From assembly GCF_003334765.1 (NCBI RefSeq), contig NZ_QOWT01000008.1: a DNA stretch of 64,000 bases. One strand, 5' to 3'. This document shows, in pieces, positions 47,650-60,652 of the stretch. The number at the start of each line of letters is the position of its first letter. Within the stretch, counting starts at the first letter, position 1. This DNA is from Escherichia coli. GTDB taxonomy: Bacteria; Pseudomonadota; Gammaproteobacteria; Enterobacterales; Enterobacteriaceae. The notes beneath the pieces are model-generated. The model was not told the origin of the DNA. It saw only the letters and a program-made list of their open reading frames with translations, and did not search any database. Made by a program: the position numbers and the translations under genes.

Positions 47650-50600
47650 ATGAAAAAGTTACGCGTAGCCGCCTGCATGCTAATGCTGGCGCTGGCAGGG
47701 TGCGACAACAACGATAACGCGCCAACAGCGGTGAAAAAAGATGCGCCTTCTGAAGTTACTAAAGCGGCCTCTTCAGAAAACGCGAGTTCAGCAAAACTCT
47801 CCGTGCCGGAGAGACAAAAACTGGCCCAACAGAGTGCCGGTAAGGTGCTGACATTGCTGGATCTCTCTGAAGTCCAACTTGATGGTGCAGCCACGCTGGT
47901 GCTGACGTTCTCCATCCCTCTCGACCCGGATCAGGATTTCTCACGCGTTATTCATGTCGTCGATAAAAAAAGCGGCAAAGTGGATGGTGCCTGGGAGCTG
48001 TCAGATAATCTTAAAGAGTTACGTTTACGCCACCTCGAACCGAAACGTGATTTGATCGTTACTATTGGCAAGGAGGTCAAAGCACTCAACAACGCAACCT
48101 TCAGTAAAGATTACGAAAAAACTATAACTACCCGCGACATCCAACCCAGCGTCGGTTTTGCCAGCCGTGGTTCGCTGCTGCCTGGCAAAGTCGTTGAAGG
48201 GCTGCCGGTAATGGCGCTCAACGTTAATAATGTCGATGTTAACTTCTTCCGCGTTAAGCCAGAATCTCTGCCAGCATTCATTAGCCAATGGGAATACCGC
48301 AATTCGCTGGCGAACTGGCAGTCAGACAAACTGCTGCAGATGGCGGATCTGGTCTACACCGGACGGTTTGATCTCAATCCTGCGCGTAACACCCGTGAAA
48401 AATTATTGCTGCCGCTGGGCGATATCAAACCGCTTCAGCAGGCGGGCGTGTATCTGGCTGTGATGAATCAGGCTGGACGTTACGATTACAGTAATCCCGC
48501 GACGCTGTTTACGTTAAGTGATATCGGCGTTTCAGCTCACCGTTATCACAATCGTCTGGATATCTTTACCCAAAGTCTGGAAAACGGCGCGGCCCAGCAA
48601 GGAATTGAAGTCTCTTTATTAAATGAGAAAGGGCAGACTCTGACTCAGGCAACCAGTGACGCTCAGGGGCATGTGCAGCTGGAAAATGATAAAAACGCGC
48701 ATTACTGTTGGCGCGTAAAGACGGTCAGACAACGCTACTCGATTTAAAACTTCCGGCGCTGGACTTAGCAGAATTTAACATTGCTGGCGCGCCAGGCTAT
48801 AGCAAACAGTTTTTCATGTTTGGCCCACGCGATCTTTATCGCCCAGGTGAAACGGTAATCCTCAATGGTTTGCTGCGTGATGCAGACGGTAAAGCGTTGC
48901 CCAATCAACCCATCAAGTTAGACGTGATTAAACCCGATGGGCAGGTACTCAGGAGCGTCGTTAGTCAGCCGGAGAATGGCCTCTACCACTTTACCTGGCC
49001 ACTCGATAGCAATGCGGCAACCGGTATGTGGCATATTCGCGCTAACACGGGCGATAATCAGTATCGGATGTGGGATTTCCACGTCGAAGATTTTATGCCA
49101 GAGCGCATGGCGCTGAATCTGACCGGTGAGAAAACCCCGCTAACGCCGAAAGATGAAGTGAAATTCTCCGTGGTGGGGTACTACCTGTATGGTGCACCTG
49201 CTAATGGTAATACTTTGCAAGGGCAACTTTTCCTGCGCCCACTGCGTGAAGCTGTGTCAGCCTTACCTGGTTTTGAATTCGGCGATATAGCTGCCGAAAA
49301 TCTTTCCCGCACGCTGGATGAAGTTCAGTTGACGCTGGATGATAAAGGGCGCGGCGAAGTTTCTACAGAAAGCCAGTGGAAGGAAACGCATTCCCCATTA
49401 CAGGTTATTTTCCAGGGTAGTTTGCTGGAATCGGGCGGTCGCCCGGTGACGCGCCGCGCTGAGCAGGCTATCTGGCCTGCCGATGCATTGCCGGGGATCC
49501 GTCCGCAGTTCGCCTCGAAATCGGTTTACGATTATCGTACTGACAGCACGGTGAAACAGCCCATTGTTGATGAAGGCAGTAACGCCGCTTTTGACATCGT
49601 TTATAGCGATGCGCAAGGCGTGAAAAAAGCCGTGTCGGGCTTGCAGGTGCGCCTGATTCGCGAACGCCGCGATTACTACTGGAACTGGTCAGAAGATGAA
49701 GGCTGGCAGTCACAGTTTGATCAAAAAGATCTGATCGAAAATGAACAAACTCTGGATCTGAAAGCGGACGAAACCGGCAAGGTCAGTTTTCCGGTAGAGT
49801 GGGGCGCTTATCGTCTGGAAGTCAAAGCGCCGAATGAAGCGGTCAGTAGTGTTCGTTTCTGGGCTGGCTATAGCTGGCAGGACAACAGCGACGGTAGCGG
49901 CGCAGTGCGACCCGACCGTGTCACGCTGAAACTGGATAAAGCCAGTTATCGCCCTGGCGACACCATTAAGTTGCATATCGCCGCGCCAACGGCGGGTAAA
50001 GGTTATGCGATGGTCGAGTCCAGTGAAGGGCCGCTGTGGTGGCAAGAGATTGATGTTCGGGCTCAAGGGCTGGATCTGACGATTCCGGTCGATAAAACCT
50101 GGAATCGTCATGATCTGTATTTAAGTACGCTGGTGGTACGTCCTGGCGATAAATCTCGCTCCGCGACGCCAAAACGCGCGGTTGGTGTGTTGCATCTGCC
50201 GCTTGGCGATGAAAACCGTCGCCTCGATCTGGCGCTGGAAACACCAGCAAAAATGCGTCCCAATCAACCATTAACCGTGAAAATTAAAGCCAGCACTAAA
50301 AATGGCGAGAAGCCTAAACAGGTGAATGTGCTGGTGTCTGCCGTTGATAGTGGTGTGCTGAATATTACTGACTACGTCACGCCAGATCCGTGGCAGGCGT
50401 TCTTTGGTCAGAAACGCTATGGCGCAGACATTTACGATATTTACGGTCAGGTTATTGAAGGTCAGGGGCGTCTGGCAGCTCTGCGTTTCGGTGGCGATGG
50501 TGATGAGCTGAAACGTGGTGGTAAACCGCCGGTCAATCACGTCAATATTGTCGTGCAGCAGGCGCTGCCGGTAACGCTCAACGAACAGGGCGAAGGCTCG

Positions 50601-52610
50601 GTTACACTGCCGATTGGCGATTTTAACGGTGAATTGCGCGTCATGGCGCAAGCCTGGACGGCAGATGACTTCGGTAGCAACGAAAGTAAAGTGATAGTTG
50701 CCGCACCGGTGATTGCTGAACTGAACATGCCGCGCTTTATGGCGAGTGGCGATACCTCGCGTCTGACGCTGGATATCACTAATCTTACCGATAAACCGCA
50801 AAAACTGAACGTTGCCCTGACCGCCAGTGGTTTGCTTGAACTGGTCAGCGATTCACCCGCAGCCGTTGAATTAGCGCCAGGTGTGCGTACTACGCTGTTT
50901 ATCCCGGTGCGAGCATTGCCGGGTTATGGCGATGGAGAAATTCAGGCCACCATTAGCGGGTTAGCGTTACCGGGTGAAACCGTTGCCGATCAGCATAAGC
51001 AGTGGAAAATCGGCGTCCGTCCGGCGTTCCCGGCACAAACGGTTAATTACGGTACGGCGTTACAGCCTGGTGAGACATGGGCGATTCCGGCGGATGGATT
51101 GCAAAACTTCTCGCCTGTTACGCTGGAAGGGCAATTGTTGTTGAGCGGCAAACCACCGCTGAACATCGCACGTTATATCAAAGAGTTAAAAGCGTATCCG
51201 TACGGCTGTCTTGAGCAAACCGCCAGCGGCCTGTTTCCGTCACTTTATACCAACGCAGCCCAACTGCAGGCGTTGGGCATCAAAGGCGACAGTGATGAGA
51301 AACGCCGTGCATCGGTCGATATCGGCATTTCCCGTTTGCTGCAAATGCAACGTGATAACGGCGGCTTTGCGCTGTGGGATAAAAACGGTGACGAAGAGTA
51401 CTGGCTGACGGCTTACGTGATGGATTTCCTGGTCCGCGCAGGCGAACAGGGTTACAGCGTGCCGACAGACGCCATTAACCGGGGTAATGAGCGTCTGCTG
51501 CGCTATTTACAAGATCCGGGCATGATGTCGATCCCGTACGCGGATAATCTCAAAGCCAGTAAATTCGCCGTACAGTCTTACGCTGCGCTGGTGTTGGCCC
51601 GTCAGCAAAAGGCTCCGCTGGGTGCGCTGCGTGAAATCTGGGAGCATCGTGCAGATGCCGCTTCTGGTTTACCGCTGCTGCAACTTGGCGTTGCGCTGAA
51701 AACCATGGGTGATGCGACGCGTGGTGAAGAAGCGATTGCGCTGGCGCTGAAAACGCCGCGTAATAGTGATGAGCGGATATGGCTGGGTGATTACGGTAGT
51801 TCACTGCGCGACAACGCGTTAATGCTCTCCTTGCTGGAAGAAAATAAACTGCTACCCGATGAGCAGTACACTTTGCTGAACACACTTTCGCAGCAGGCGT
51901 TTGGTGAACGCTGGCTATCGACGCAGGAAAGTAACGCGTTGTTCCTGGCTGCCCGTACGATTCAGGATTTACCCGGTAAATGGCAGGCGCAAACCTCTTT
52001 CTCAGCTGAGCAGCTGACAGGCGAGAAAGCGCAAAACAGCAATCTGAATAGCGATCAACTTGTCACCTTGCAGGTGAGCAACAGTGGCGATCAGCCGTTA
52101 TGGTTGCGTATGGATGCCAGCGGTTATCCGCAATCCGCACCTTTACCGGCGAACAATGTGCTGCAAATCGAGCGTCATATTCTTGGTACTGATGGTAAGA
52201 GCAAATCGCTGGACTCGTTACGTAGCGGCGATCTGGTGCTGGTGTGGTTGCAGGTAAAAGCCAGTAACAGCGTGCCGGATGCGTTAGTCGTGGATCTGCT
52301 GCCTGCGGGTCTGGAACTGGAAAACCAGAATCTGGCGAACGGTAGCGCCAGCCTGGAGCAAAGTGGTGGCGAAGTGCAGAACTTACTGAACCAGATGCAG
52401 CAGGCGAGCATTAAGCACATTGAGTTCCGTGACGATCGCTTTGTGGCGGCGGTTGCCGTTGATGAATACCAACCGGTAACGCTGGTGTATCTGGCGCGGG
52501 CGGTGACGCCGGGAACGTATCAGGTACCGCAACCGATGGTGGAATCAATGTATGTTCCCCAATGGCGGGCGACCGGCGCGGCTGAAGATCTGCTGATTGT
52601 CAGACCGTAA
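47650..52610 (+). pseudogene. yfhM: alpha-2-macroglobulin family lipoprotein YfhM with interrupted reading frame (apparent 1-nt deletion near 48697-48708), or a sequencing error
   Basis: two overlapping ORFs 47650..48747 (365 aa) and 48708..52610 (1300 aa) in different frames together cover about 1653 aa; lipoprotein signal peptide LAGC at N-terminus. Confidence 0.6.
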
Positions 52611-54923
52611 ATGCCTCGCTTGTTAACCAAACGCGGCTGCTGGATAACGTTGGCAGCCGCGCCCTTTCTCCTTTTTCTTGCAGCGTGGGGAGCAGATAAA
52701 CTCTGGCCTCTACCGCTGCATGAAGTCAATCCCGCACGAGTGGTCGTGGCGCAGGATGGTACGCCGCTCTGGCGCTTCGCCGATGCTGACGGCATCTGGC
52801 GTTATCCGGTAACAATCGAAGATGTTTCTCCACGTTACCTTGAAGCGCTGATCAATTATGAAGATCGCTGGTTCTGGAAGCATCCGGGGGTGAATCCATT
52901 CTCGGTGGCGCGCGCAGCATGGCAAGATCTCACTTCGGGACGGGTTATTTCCGGTGGCAGCACGCTCACTATGCAGGTTGCTCGTCTGCTTGATCCTCAC
53001 CCCAAAACATTTGGCGGCAAAATTCGCCAGCTCTGGCGCGCGTTGCAACTGGAATGGCATCTGTCTAAGCGTGAAATTCTGACCTTGTATCTTAACCGCG
53101 CTCCGTTTGGCGGTACGTTGCAGGGGATCGGTGCGGCAAGTTGGGCTTATCTCGGAAAATCGCCTGCGAATTTAAGCTATTCCGAGGCGGCAATGCTGGC
53201 GGTTTTGCCGCAAGCGCCCAGCCGTCTTCGCCCGGATCGTTGGCCGGAGCGTGCCGAAGCCGCGCGTAATAAAGTGCTCGAACGGATGGCCGTGCAAGGT
53301 GTGTGGTCCCGTGAGCAGGTAAAAGAGTCAAGGGAAGAACCCATCTGGCTGGCCCCCCGACAAATGCCGCAACTGGCACCGCTGTTTTCGCGCATGATGC
53401 TCGGTAAAAGCAAAAGCGACAAAATCACTACTACGTTGGATGCCGGTCTTCAACGACGTCTGGAAGAACTGGCGCAAAACTGGAAAGGGCGGTTGCCACC
53501 GCGCAGCTCACTGGCGATGATCGTGGTTGATCATACCGATATGCGTGTTCGCGGCTGGGTGGGATCGGTTGATCTCAACGATGATTCACGCTTTGGTCAT
53601 GTTGATATGGTCAATTCGATCCGATCGCCAGGATCAGTGCTCAAACCGTTTGTTTATGGTCTGGCGCTGGATGAAGGCTTGATCCACCCGGCATCACTGC
53701 TGCAAGACGTCCCCCGGCGCACCGGTGATTATCGACCAGGTAACTTTGATAGCGGTTTTCATGGCCCGATCAGCATGAGCGAGGCGCTGGTGCGCTCGCT
53801 GAACTTACCTGCTGTGCAGGTGCTGGAAGCCTATGGACCGAAACGGTTTGCGGCAAAGTTACGCAATGTTGGATTGCCGTTATATTTGCCCAACGGTGCT
53901 GCGCCGAATCTTTCACTCATTCTCGGCGGCGCTGGTGCAAAACTGGAAGATATGGCGGCAGCGTATACCGCGTTTGCTCGCCACGGCAAGGCAGGCAAAT
54001 TGCGCTTACAGCCTGACGATCCGCTGCTTGAACGGCCTTTAATGTCGTCGGGGGCGGCGTGGATCATTCGCCGGATTATGGCTGATGAAGCGCAACCCTT
54101 GCCGGATAGTGCCTTGCCGCGCGTCGCCCCACTGGCATGGAAAACGGGCACCAGCTATGGCTATCGTGACGCCTGGGCGATTGGGGTTAACGCTCGCTAT
54201 GTCATTGGGATCTGGACTGGCAGACCGGACGGCACGCCCGTTGTTGGTCAGTTTGGCTTTGCCAGTGCCGTACCATTGTTGAATCAGGTCAATAATATCT
54301 TACTGTCGCGCAGTGCGAATCTGCCGGAAGACCCGCGCCCGAACTCAGTCACTCGTGGCGTTATCTGCTGGCCGGGCGGACAGTCTTTGCCGGAAGGTGA
54401 CGGTAACTGTCGCCGCCGCCTGGCAACCTGGCTGCTGGACGGGAGTCAGCCGCCAACTCTATTACTGCCGGAGCAGGAAGGCATTAATGGCATTCGTTTC
54501 CCCATCTGGCTGGATGAAAATGGCAAACGTGTTGCCGCTGATTGCCCGCAAGCGCGACAAGAAATGATAAATGTCTGGCCGCTACCGCTGGAACCCTGGC
54601 TGCCCGCATCAGAACGTCGCGCTGTGCGCTTACCACCGGCCTCGACAAGTTGCCCGCCATACGGTCACGATGCCCAGCTCCCGCTGCAGCTGACAGGCGT
54701 TCGCGATGGCGCGATTATTAAACGTTTACCGGGCGCAGCGGAAGCGACTTTGCCGTTGCAATCAAGTGGAGGGGCAGGTGAACGCTGGTGGTTTCTGAAT
54801 GGCGAACCGTTAACTGAACGCGGGCGCAACGTGACCCTGCATTTGACGGATAAAGGTGATTATCAATTGCTGGTGATGGATGACGTGGGGCAAATCGCGA
54901 CAGTGAAATTTGTCATGCAATAG
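52611..54923 (+). CDS. pbpC: penicillin-binding protein 1C (bifunctional transglycosylase/transpeptidase-like), 770 aa
   Basis: ORF 52611..54923; GT51 glycosyltransferase motifs in N-terminal half; ATG directly abuts yfhM stop. Confidence 0.9.
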   Translation: MPRLLTKRGCWITLAAAPFLLFLAAWGADKLWPLPLHEVNPARVVVAQDGTPLWRFADADGIWRYPVTIEDVSPRYLEALINYEDRWFWKHPGVNPFSVARAAWQDLTSGRVISGGSTLTMQVARLLDPHPKTFGGKIRQLWRALQLEWHLSKREILTLYLNRAPFGGTLQGIGAASWAYLGKSPANLSYSEAAMLAVLPQAPSRLRPDRWPERAEAARNKVLERMAVQGVWSREQVKESREEPIWLAPRQMPQLAPLFSRMMLGKSKSDKITTTLDAGLQRRLEELAQNWKGRLPPRSSLAMIVVDHTDMRVRGWVGSVDLNDDSRFGHVDMVNSIRSPGSVLKPFVYGLALDEGLIHPASLLQDVPRRTGDYRPGNFDSGFHGPISMSEALVRSLNLPAVQVLEAYGPKRFAAKLRNVGLPLYLPNGAAPNLSLILGGAGAKLEDMAAAYTAFARHGKAGKLRLQPDDPLLERPLMSSGAAWIIRRIMADEAQPLPDSALPRVAPLAWKTGTSYGYRDAWAIGVNARYVIGIWTGRPDGTPVVGQFGFASAVPLLNQVNNILLSRSANLPEDPRPNSVTRGVICWPGGQSLPEGDGNCRRRLATWLLDGSQPPTLLLPEQEGINGIRFPIWLDENGKRVAADCPQARQEMINVWPLPLEPWLPASERRAVRLPPASTSCPPYGHDAQLPLQLTGVRDGAIIKRLPGAAEATLPLQSSGGAGERWWFLNGEPLTERGRNVTLHLTDKGDYQLLVMDDVGQIATVKFVMQ

Positions 54924-55071
54924 TCTGTTTTGTCCCTGATTGTTGCTAAAACTCATTTTATTTAAAAAAAATGTTACCTTCATCAATAGTCAACGGCCCT
55001 GTTGCTCATTATAATCCGCGCCATCTCGTACGCTGGTACAGACAACAACAGAACAATTTACAGAGGTAAAA

Positions 55072-55503
55072 ATGGCTATTGAACGTACTTTTTCCATCAT
55101 CAAACCGAACGCGGTAGCAAAAAACGTCATTGGTAATATCTTTGCGCGCTTTGAAGCTGCAGGGTTCAAAATTGTTGGCACCAAAATGCTGCACCTGACC
55201 GTTGAACAGGCACGTGGCTTTTATGCTGAACACGATGGAAAACCGTTCTTTGATGGTCTGGTTGAATTCATGACCTCTGGCCCGATCGTGGTTTCCGTGC
55301 TGGAAGGTGAAAACGCCGTTCAGCGTCACCGCGATCTGCTGGGCGCGACCAATCCGGCAAACGCACTGGCTGGTACTCTGCGCGCTGATTACGCTGACAG
55401 CCTGACCGAAAACGGTACCCACGGTTCTGATTCCGTCGAATCTGCCGCTCGCGAAATCGCTTATTTCTTTGGCGAAGGCGAAGTGTGCCCGCGCACCCGT
55501 TAA
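55072..55503 (+). CDS. ndk: nucleoside diphosphate kinase
   Basis: ORF 55072..55503, 143 aa; active-site NGTHGSDS. Confidence 0.95.
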
Positions 55504-55563
55504 TAATTTCGTAAATGCCGCGTGCAAACGTGGCATCCGTGCGCCAGAATTTGTACAATGCAG

Positions 55564-55606
55564 CGCCCCCGGACGAGCAGCCGCTCACCGGGGCGTTTCT
55601 TTTTTC
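55564..55606 (+). terminator. rho-independent terminator downstream of ndk
   Basis: cgcccc...ggggcg stem followed by tttcttttttc. Confidence 0.55.
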
Positions 55607-55652
55607 AACCCTCCAGGGGCCATAACGTGTAATAACGAGGCCGGAATAGCAT

Positions 55653-56807
55653 ATGTCTGAACAATTAGTCACACCTGAAAACGTCACCACGAAAGATGGA
55701 AAAATCAACCTGCTGGATCTCAACCGTCAGCAGATGCGGGAGTTTTTTAAAGATTTAGGTGAAAAACCCTTCCGCGCCGATCAGGTGATGAAGTGGATGT
55801 ATCACTATTGCTGCGACAACTTTGATGAGATGACCGACATCAACAAAGTGTTGCGCGGCAAACTGAAAGAGGTGGCGGAAATCCGCGCACCGGAAGTGGT
55901 TGAAGAACAGCGTTCATCTGACGGCACCATTAAATGGGCGATCGCCGTTGGCGATCAGCGCGTCGAAACGGTGTATATCCCGGAAGACGACCGTGCCACG
56001 CTCTGCGTCTCTTCGCAGGTGGGGTGTGCGCTGGAGTGTAAATTCTGTTCCACCGCCCAGCAGGGCTTTAACCGCAACCTGCGGGTGTCGGAAATTATCG
56101 GCCAGGTGTGGCGTGCGGCGAAAATCGTCGGCGCAGCAAAAGTCACCGGTCAGCGTCCGATCACTAACGTAGTGATGATGGGCATGGGCGAGCCGCTGCT
56201 CAACCTGAACAACGTCGTTCCGGCGATGGAAATCATGCTTGATGATTTCGGTTTTGGCCTGTCTAAACGTCGCGTCACGCTTTCCACTTCCGGTGTAGTT
56301 CCGGCGCTGGATAAACTGGGCGATATGATCGACGTTGCACTGGCAATTTCCCTGCACGCGCCGAACGACGAAATTCGTGACGAAATTGTGCCGATCAACA
56401 AAAAGTACAATATCGAAACGTTCCTTGCTGCGGTGCGCCGTTATCTGGAGAAATCCAACGCCAATCAGGGCCGAGTCACTATTGAATACGTGATGCTTGA
56501 CCACGTTAACGACGGCACTGAACACGCGCACCAACTGGCGGAACTGCTGAAAGATACGCCGTGTAAGATCAACCTGATCCCGTGGAACCCGTTCCCGGGT
56601 GCGCCGTATGGACGCAGCTCGAACAGCCGTATCGACCGTTTCTCAAAAGTGCTGATGAGCTACGGTTTCACCACTATTGTGCGTAAAACTCGTGGTGATG
56701 ATATCGATGCTGCCTGTGGTCAGTTGGCGGGCGATGTTATCGACCGTACGAAACGTACCCTGCGTAAACGGATGCAGGGTGAAGCCATCGACATTAAAGC
56801 GGTCTGA
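55653..56807 (+). CDS. rlmN: radical-SAM rRNA/tRNA adenine-C2 methyltransferase RlmN
   Basis: ORF 55653..56807, 384 aa; radical SAM CxxxCxxC (CALECKFC). Confidence 0.9.
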
Positions 56808-56811
56808 TAGC

Positions 56812-56855
56812 CATTACGCCACGGTTACTTTATGTACCGTGGCGTAATGTTTTAT
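56812..56855 (+). terminator. rho-independent terminator downstream of rlmN
   Basis: cattacgccacggt...accgtggcgtaatg long stem followed by ttttat. Confidence 0.6.
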
Positions 56856-57091
56856 GAATGAAGTATTAAGTTGCAATTGTCTGGTCAATATTAACGGTGC
56901 GTTTTTGCTGACTTTAAGGCAGTATGTAACGATGCAACAGTAAGTTAGCCTTAGTGAATGTGGGCTTTGTCACGAGCACACAGACGGTCTTATACTGTAT
57001 GATAACGGTTAACTTAACGGATGTTTCGCGGTGTGGGTGAGCATGATGGTTCACCGGCATCTCAATTCTCATTTAAACGTACCTGCAGCGA

Positions 57092-58105
57092 ATGAATACT
57101 GAAGCCACGCACGACCAAAATGAAGCACTTACTACCGGCGCTCGCCTGCGTAATGCTCGCGAACAACTAGGACTTAGTCAGCAGGCCGTTGCCGAGCGAC
57201 TTTGCCTGAAGGTTTCCACGGTACGCGACATTGAAGAAGATAAGGCACCCGCCGATCTTGCTTCAACATTCCTGCGCGGATATATCCGCTCTTATGCGCG
57301 TCTGGTACATATTCCAGAAGAAGAACTGCTGCCAGGGCTGGAAAAGCAGGCTCCACTTCGGGCTGCAAAAGTTGCGCCGATGCAGAGTTTTTCCCTCGGT
57401 AAACGCCGCAAAAAACGCGACGGCTGGCTGATGACCTTCACTTGGCTGGTGTTGTTTGTGGTTATCGGCCTGAGCGGTGCCTGGTGGTGGCAAGACCACA
57501 AAGCTCAGCAGGAAGAGATCACCACTATGGCCGATCAATCTTCGGCGGAACTGAGCAGTAATAGCGAGCAGGGGCAGAGTGTTCCATTAAATACGTCGAC
57601 AACTACAGACCCGGCTACAACGTCCACGCCGCCAGCGTCTGTGGATACTACCGCAACCAACACGCAAACACCTGCCGTAACTGCGCCAGCACCAGCTGTT
57701 GATCCGCAACAGAATGCGGTTGTTTCGCCTTCGCAGGCAAATGTTGATACCGCCGCGACCCCGGCACCAACGGCAGCAACAACGCCAGATGGTGCTGCGC
57801 CGTTGCCAACCGATCAGGCTGGCGTGACCACGCCGGTGGCTGATCCGAATGCGCTGGTGATGAACTTTACTGCCGATTGCTGGCTGGAGGTCACTGATGC
57901 TACCGGTAAAAAATTGTTTAGCGGTATGCAGCGTAAAGACGGTAATTTGAACTTAACCGGCCAGGCACCGTACAAACTGAAAATTGGTGCGCCAGCCGCA
58001 GTACAGATCCAGTATCAAGGGAAACCTGTCGATCTGAGTCGTTTTATCAGAACTAACCAGGTTGCGCGTCTGACCCTCAATGCCGAACAATCACCGGCGC
58101 AGTAA
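57092..58105 (+). CDS. rodZ: cytoskeleton/cell-shape protein RodZ
   Basis: ORF 57092..58105, 337 aa; N-terminal HTH, single TM segment, Pro/Thr/Ala-rich periplasmic linker. Confidence 0.9.
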   Translation: MNTEATHDQNEALTTGARLRNAREQLGLSQQAVAERLCLKVSTVRDIEEDKAPADLASTFLRGYIRSYARLVHIPEEELLPGLEKQAPLRAAKVAPMQSFSLGKRRKKRDGWLMTFTWLVLFVVIGLSGAWWWQDHKAQQEEITTMADQSSAELSSNSEQGQSVPLNTSTTTDPATTSTPPASVDTTATNTQTPAVTAPAPAVDPQQNAVVSPSQANVDTAATPAPTAATTPDGAAPLPTDQAGVTTPVADPNALVMNFTADCWLEVTDATGKKLFSGMQRKDGNLNLTGQAPYKLKIGAPAAVQIQYQGKPVDLSRFIRTNQVARLTLNAEQSPAQ

Positions 58106-58131
58106 CAGACGGGTAACGCGGGAGATTTTTC

Positions 58132-59250
58132 ATGCATAACCAGGCTCCAATTCAACGTAGAAAATCAACACGTATTTACGTTGGGAATGTGCCGATTGGC
58201 GATGGTGCTCCCATCGCCGTACAGTCCATGACCAATACGCGTACGACAGACGTCGAAGCAACGGTCAATCAAATCAAGGCGCTGGAACGCGTTGGCGCTG
58301 ATATCGTCCGTGTATCCGTACCGACGATGGACGCGGCAGAAGCGTTCAAACTCATCAAACAGCAGGTTAACGTGCCGCTGGTGGCTGACATCCACTTCGA
58401 CTATCGCATTGCGCTGAAAGTAGCGGAATACGGCGTCGATTGTCTGCGTATTAACCCTGGCAATATCGGTAATGAAGAGCGTATTCGCATGGTGGTTGAC
58501 TGTGCGCGCGATAAAAACATTCCGATCCGTATTGGCGTTAACGCCGGATCGCTGGAAAAAGATCTGCAAGAAAAGTATGGCGAACCGACGCCGCAGGCGT
58601 TGCTGGAATCTGCCATGCGTCATGTTGATCATCTCGATCGCCTGAACTTCGATCAGTTCAAAGTCAGCGTGAAAGCGTCTGACGTCTTCCTCGCTGTTGA
58701 GTCTTATCGTTTGCTGGCAAAACAGATCGATCAGCCGTTGCATCTGGGGATCACCGAAGCCGGTGGTGCGCGCAGCGGGGCAGTAAAATCCGCCATTGGT
58801 TTAGGTCTGCTGCTGTCTGAAGGCATCGGCGACACGCTGCGCGTATCGCTGGCGGCCGATCCGGTCGAAGAGATCAAAGTCGGTTTCGATATTTTGAAAT
58901 CGCTGCGTATCCGTTCGCGAGGGATCAACTTCATCGCCTGCCCGACCTGTTCGCGTCAGGAATTTGATGTTATCGGTACGGTTAACGCGCTGGAGCAACG
59001 CCTGGAAGATATCATCACTCCGATGGACGTTTCGATTATCGGCTGCGTGGTGAATGGCCCAGGTGAGGCGCTGGTTTCTACACTCGGCGTCACCGGCGGC
59101 AACAAGAAAAGCGGCCTCTATGAAGATGGCGTGCGCAAAGACCGTCTGGACAACAACGATATGATCGACCAGCTGGAAGCACGCATTCGTGCGAAAGCCA
59201 GTCAGCTGGACGAAGCGCGTCGAATTGACGTTCAGCAGGTTGAAAAATAA
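58132..59250 (+). CDS. ispG: 4-hydroxy-3-methylbut-2-enyl diphosphate synthase IspG (GcpE)
   Basis: ORF 58132..59250, 372 aa. Confidence 0.95.
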
Positions 59251-59360
59251 TAACGTGATGGGAAGCGCCTCGCTTCCCGTGTATGATTGAACCCGCATGG
59301 CTCCCGAAACATTGAGGGAAGCGTTGAGGGTTCATTTTTATATTCAGAAAGAGAATAAAC

Positions 59361-60635
59361 GTGGCAAAAAACATTCAAGCCATTCGCGGCATGAACGATT
59401 ACCTGCCTGGCGAAACGGCCATCTGGCAGCGCATTGAAGGCACACTGAAAAACGTGCTCGGCAGCTACGGTTACAGTGAAATCCGCTTGCCGATTGTAGA
59501 GCAGACCCCGCTATTCAAACGTGCGATTGGTGAAGTCACCGACGTGGTTGAAAAAGAGATGTACACCTTTGAGGATCGCAATGGCGACAGCCTGACTCTG
59601 CGCCCTGAAGGGACGGCGGGCTGTGTACGCGCCGGCATCGAGCATGGTCTTCTGTACAATCAGGAACAGCGTCTGTGGTATATCGGGCCGATGTTCCGTC
59701 ACGAGCGTCCGCAGAAAGGGCGTTATCGTCAGTTCCATCAGTTGGGCTGCGAAGTTTTCGGTCTGCAAGGTCCGGATATCGACGCTGAACTGATTATGCT
59801 CACTGCCCGCTGGTGGCGCGCGCTGGGTATTTCCGAGCACGTAACTCTTGAGCTGAACTCTATCGGTTCGCTGGAAGCACGCGCCAATTACCGCGATGCG
59901 CTGGTGGCATTCCTTGAGCAGCATAAAGAAAAGCTGGACGAAGACTGCAAACGCCGCATGTACACTAACCCGCTGCGCGTGCTGGATTCAAAAAATCCGG
60001 AAGTGCAGGCGCTTCTCAACGACGCTCCGGCATTAGGTGACTATCTGGACGAGGAATCTCGTGAGCATTTTGCCGGTCTGTGCAAACTGCTGGAGAGCGC
60101 GGGGATCGCTTACACCGTAAACCAGCGTCTGGTGCGTGGTCTGGATTACTACAACCGTACCGTTTTCGAGTGGGTGACTAACAGTCTCGGCTCCCAGGGC
60201 ACCGTGTGTGCAGGCGGTCGTTATGACGGTCTTGTGGAACAACTGGGCGGTCGTGCAACACCGGCTGTCGGTTTTGCGATGGGCCTCGAACGTCTTGTAT
60301 TGTTAGTACAGGCCGTTAATCCGGAATTTAAAGCCGATCCTGTTGTCGATATATACCTGGTGGCTTCAGGTGCTGATACACAATCTGCGGCTATGGCATT
60401 AGCTGAGCGTCTGCGTGATGAATTACCGGGCGTGAAATTGATGACCAACCACGGCGGCGGCAACTTTAAGAAACAGTTTGCCCGTGCTGATAAATGGGGT
60501 GCCCGCGTTGCTGTGGTGCTGGGTGAGTCTGAAGTGGCTAACGGCACAGCAGTAGTGAAGGATTTGCGCTCTGGTGAGCAAACGGCAGTTGCGCAGGATA
60601 GCGTAGCCGCGCATTTGCGCACGTTACTGGGTTAA
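59361..60635 (+). CDS. hisS: histidyl-tRNA synthetase
   Basis: ORF 59361..60635, 424 aa, GTG start; class II aaRS motifs. Confidence 0.95.
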
Positions 60636-60652
60636 GGAAGGAGAAGGACAGC

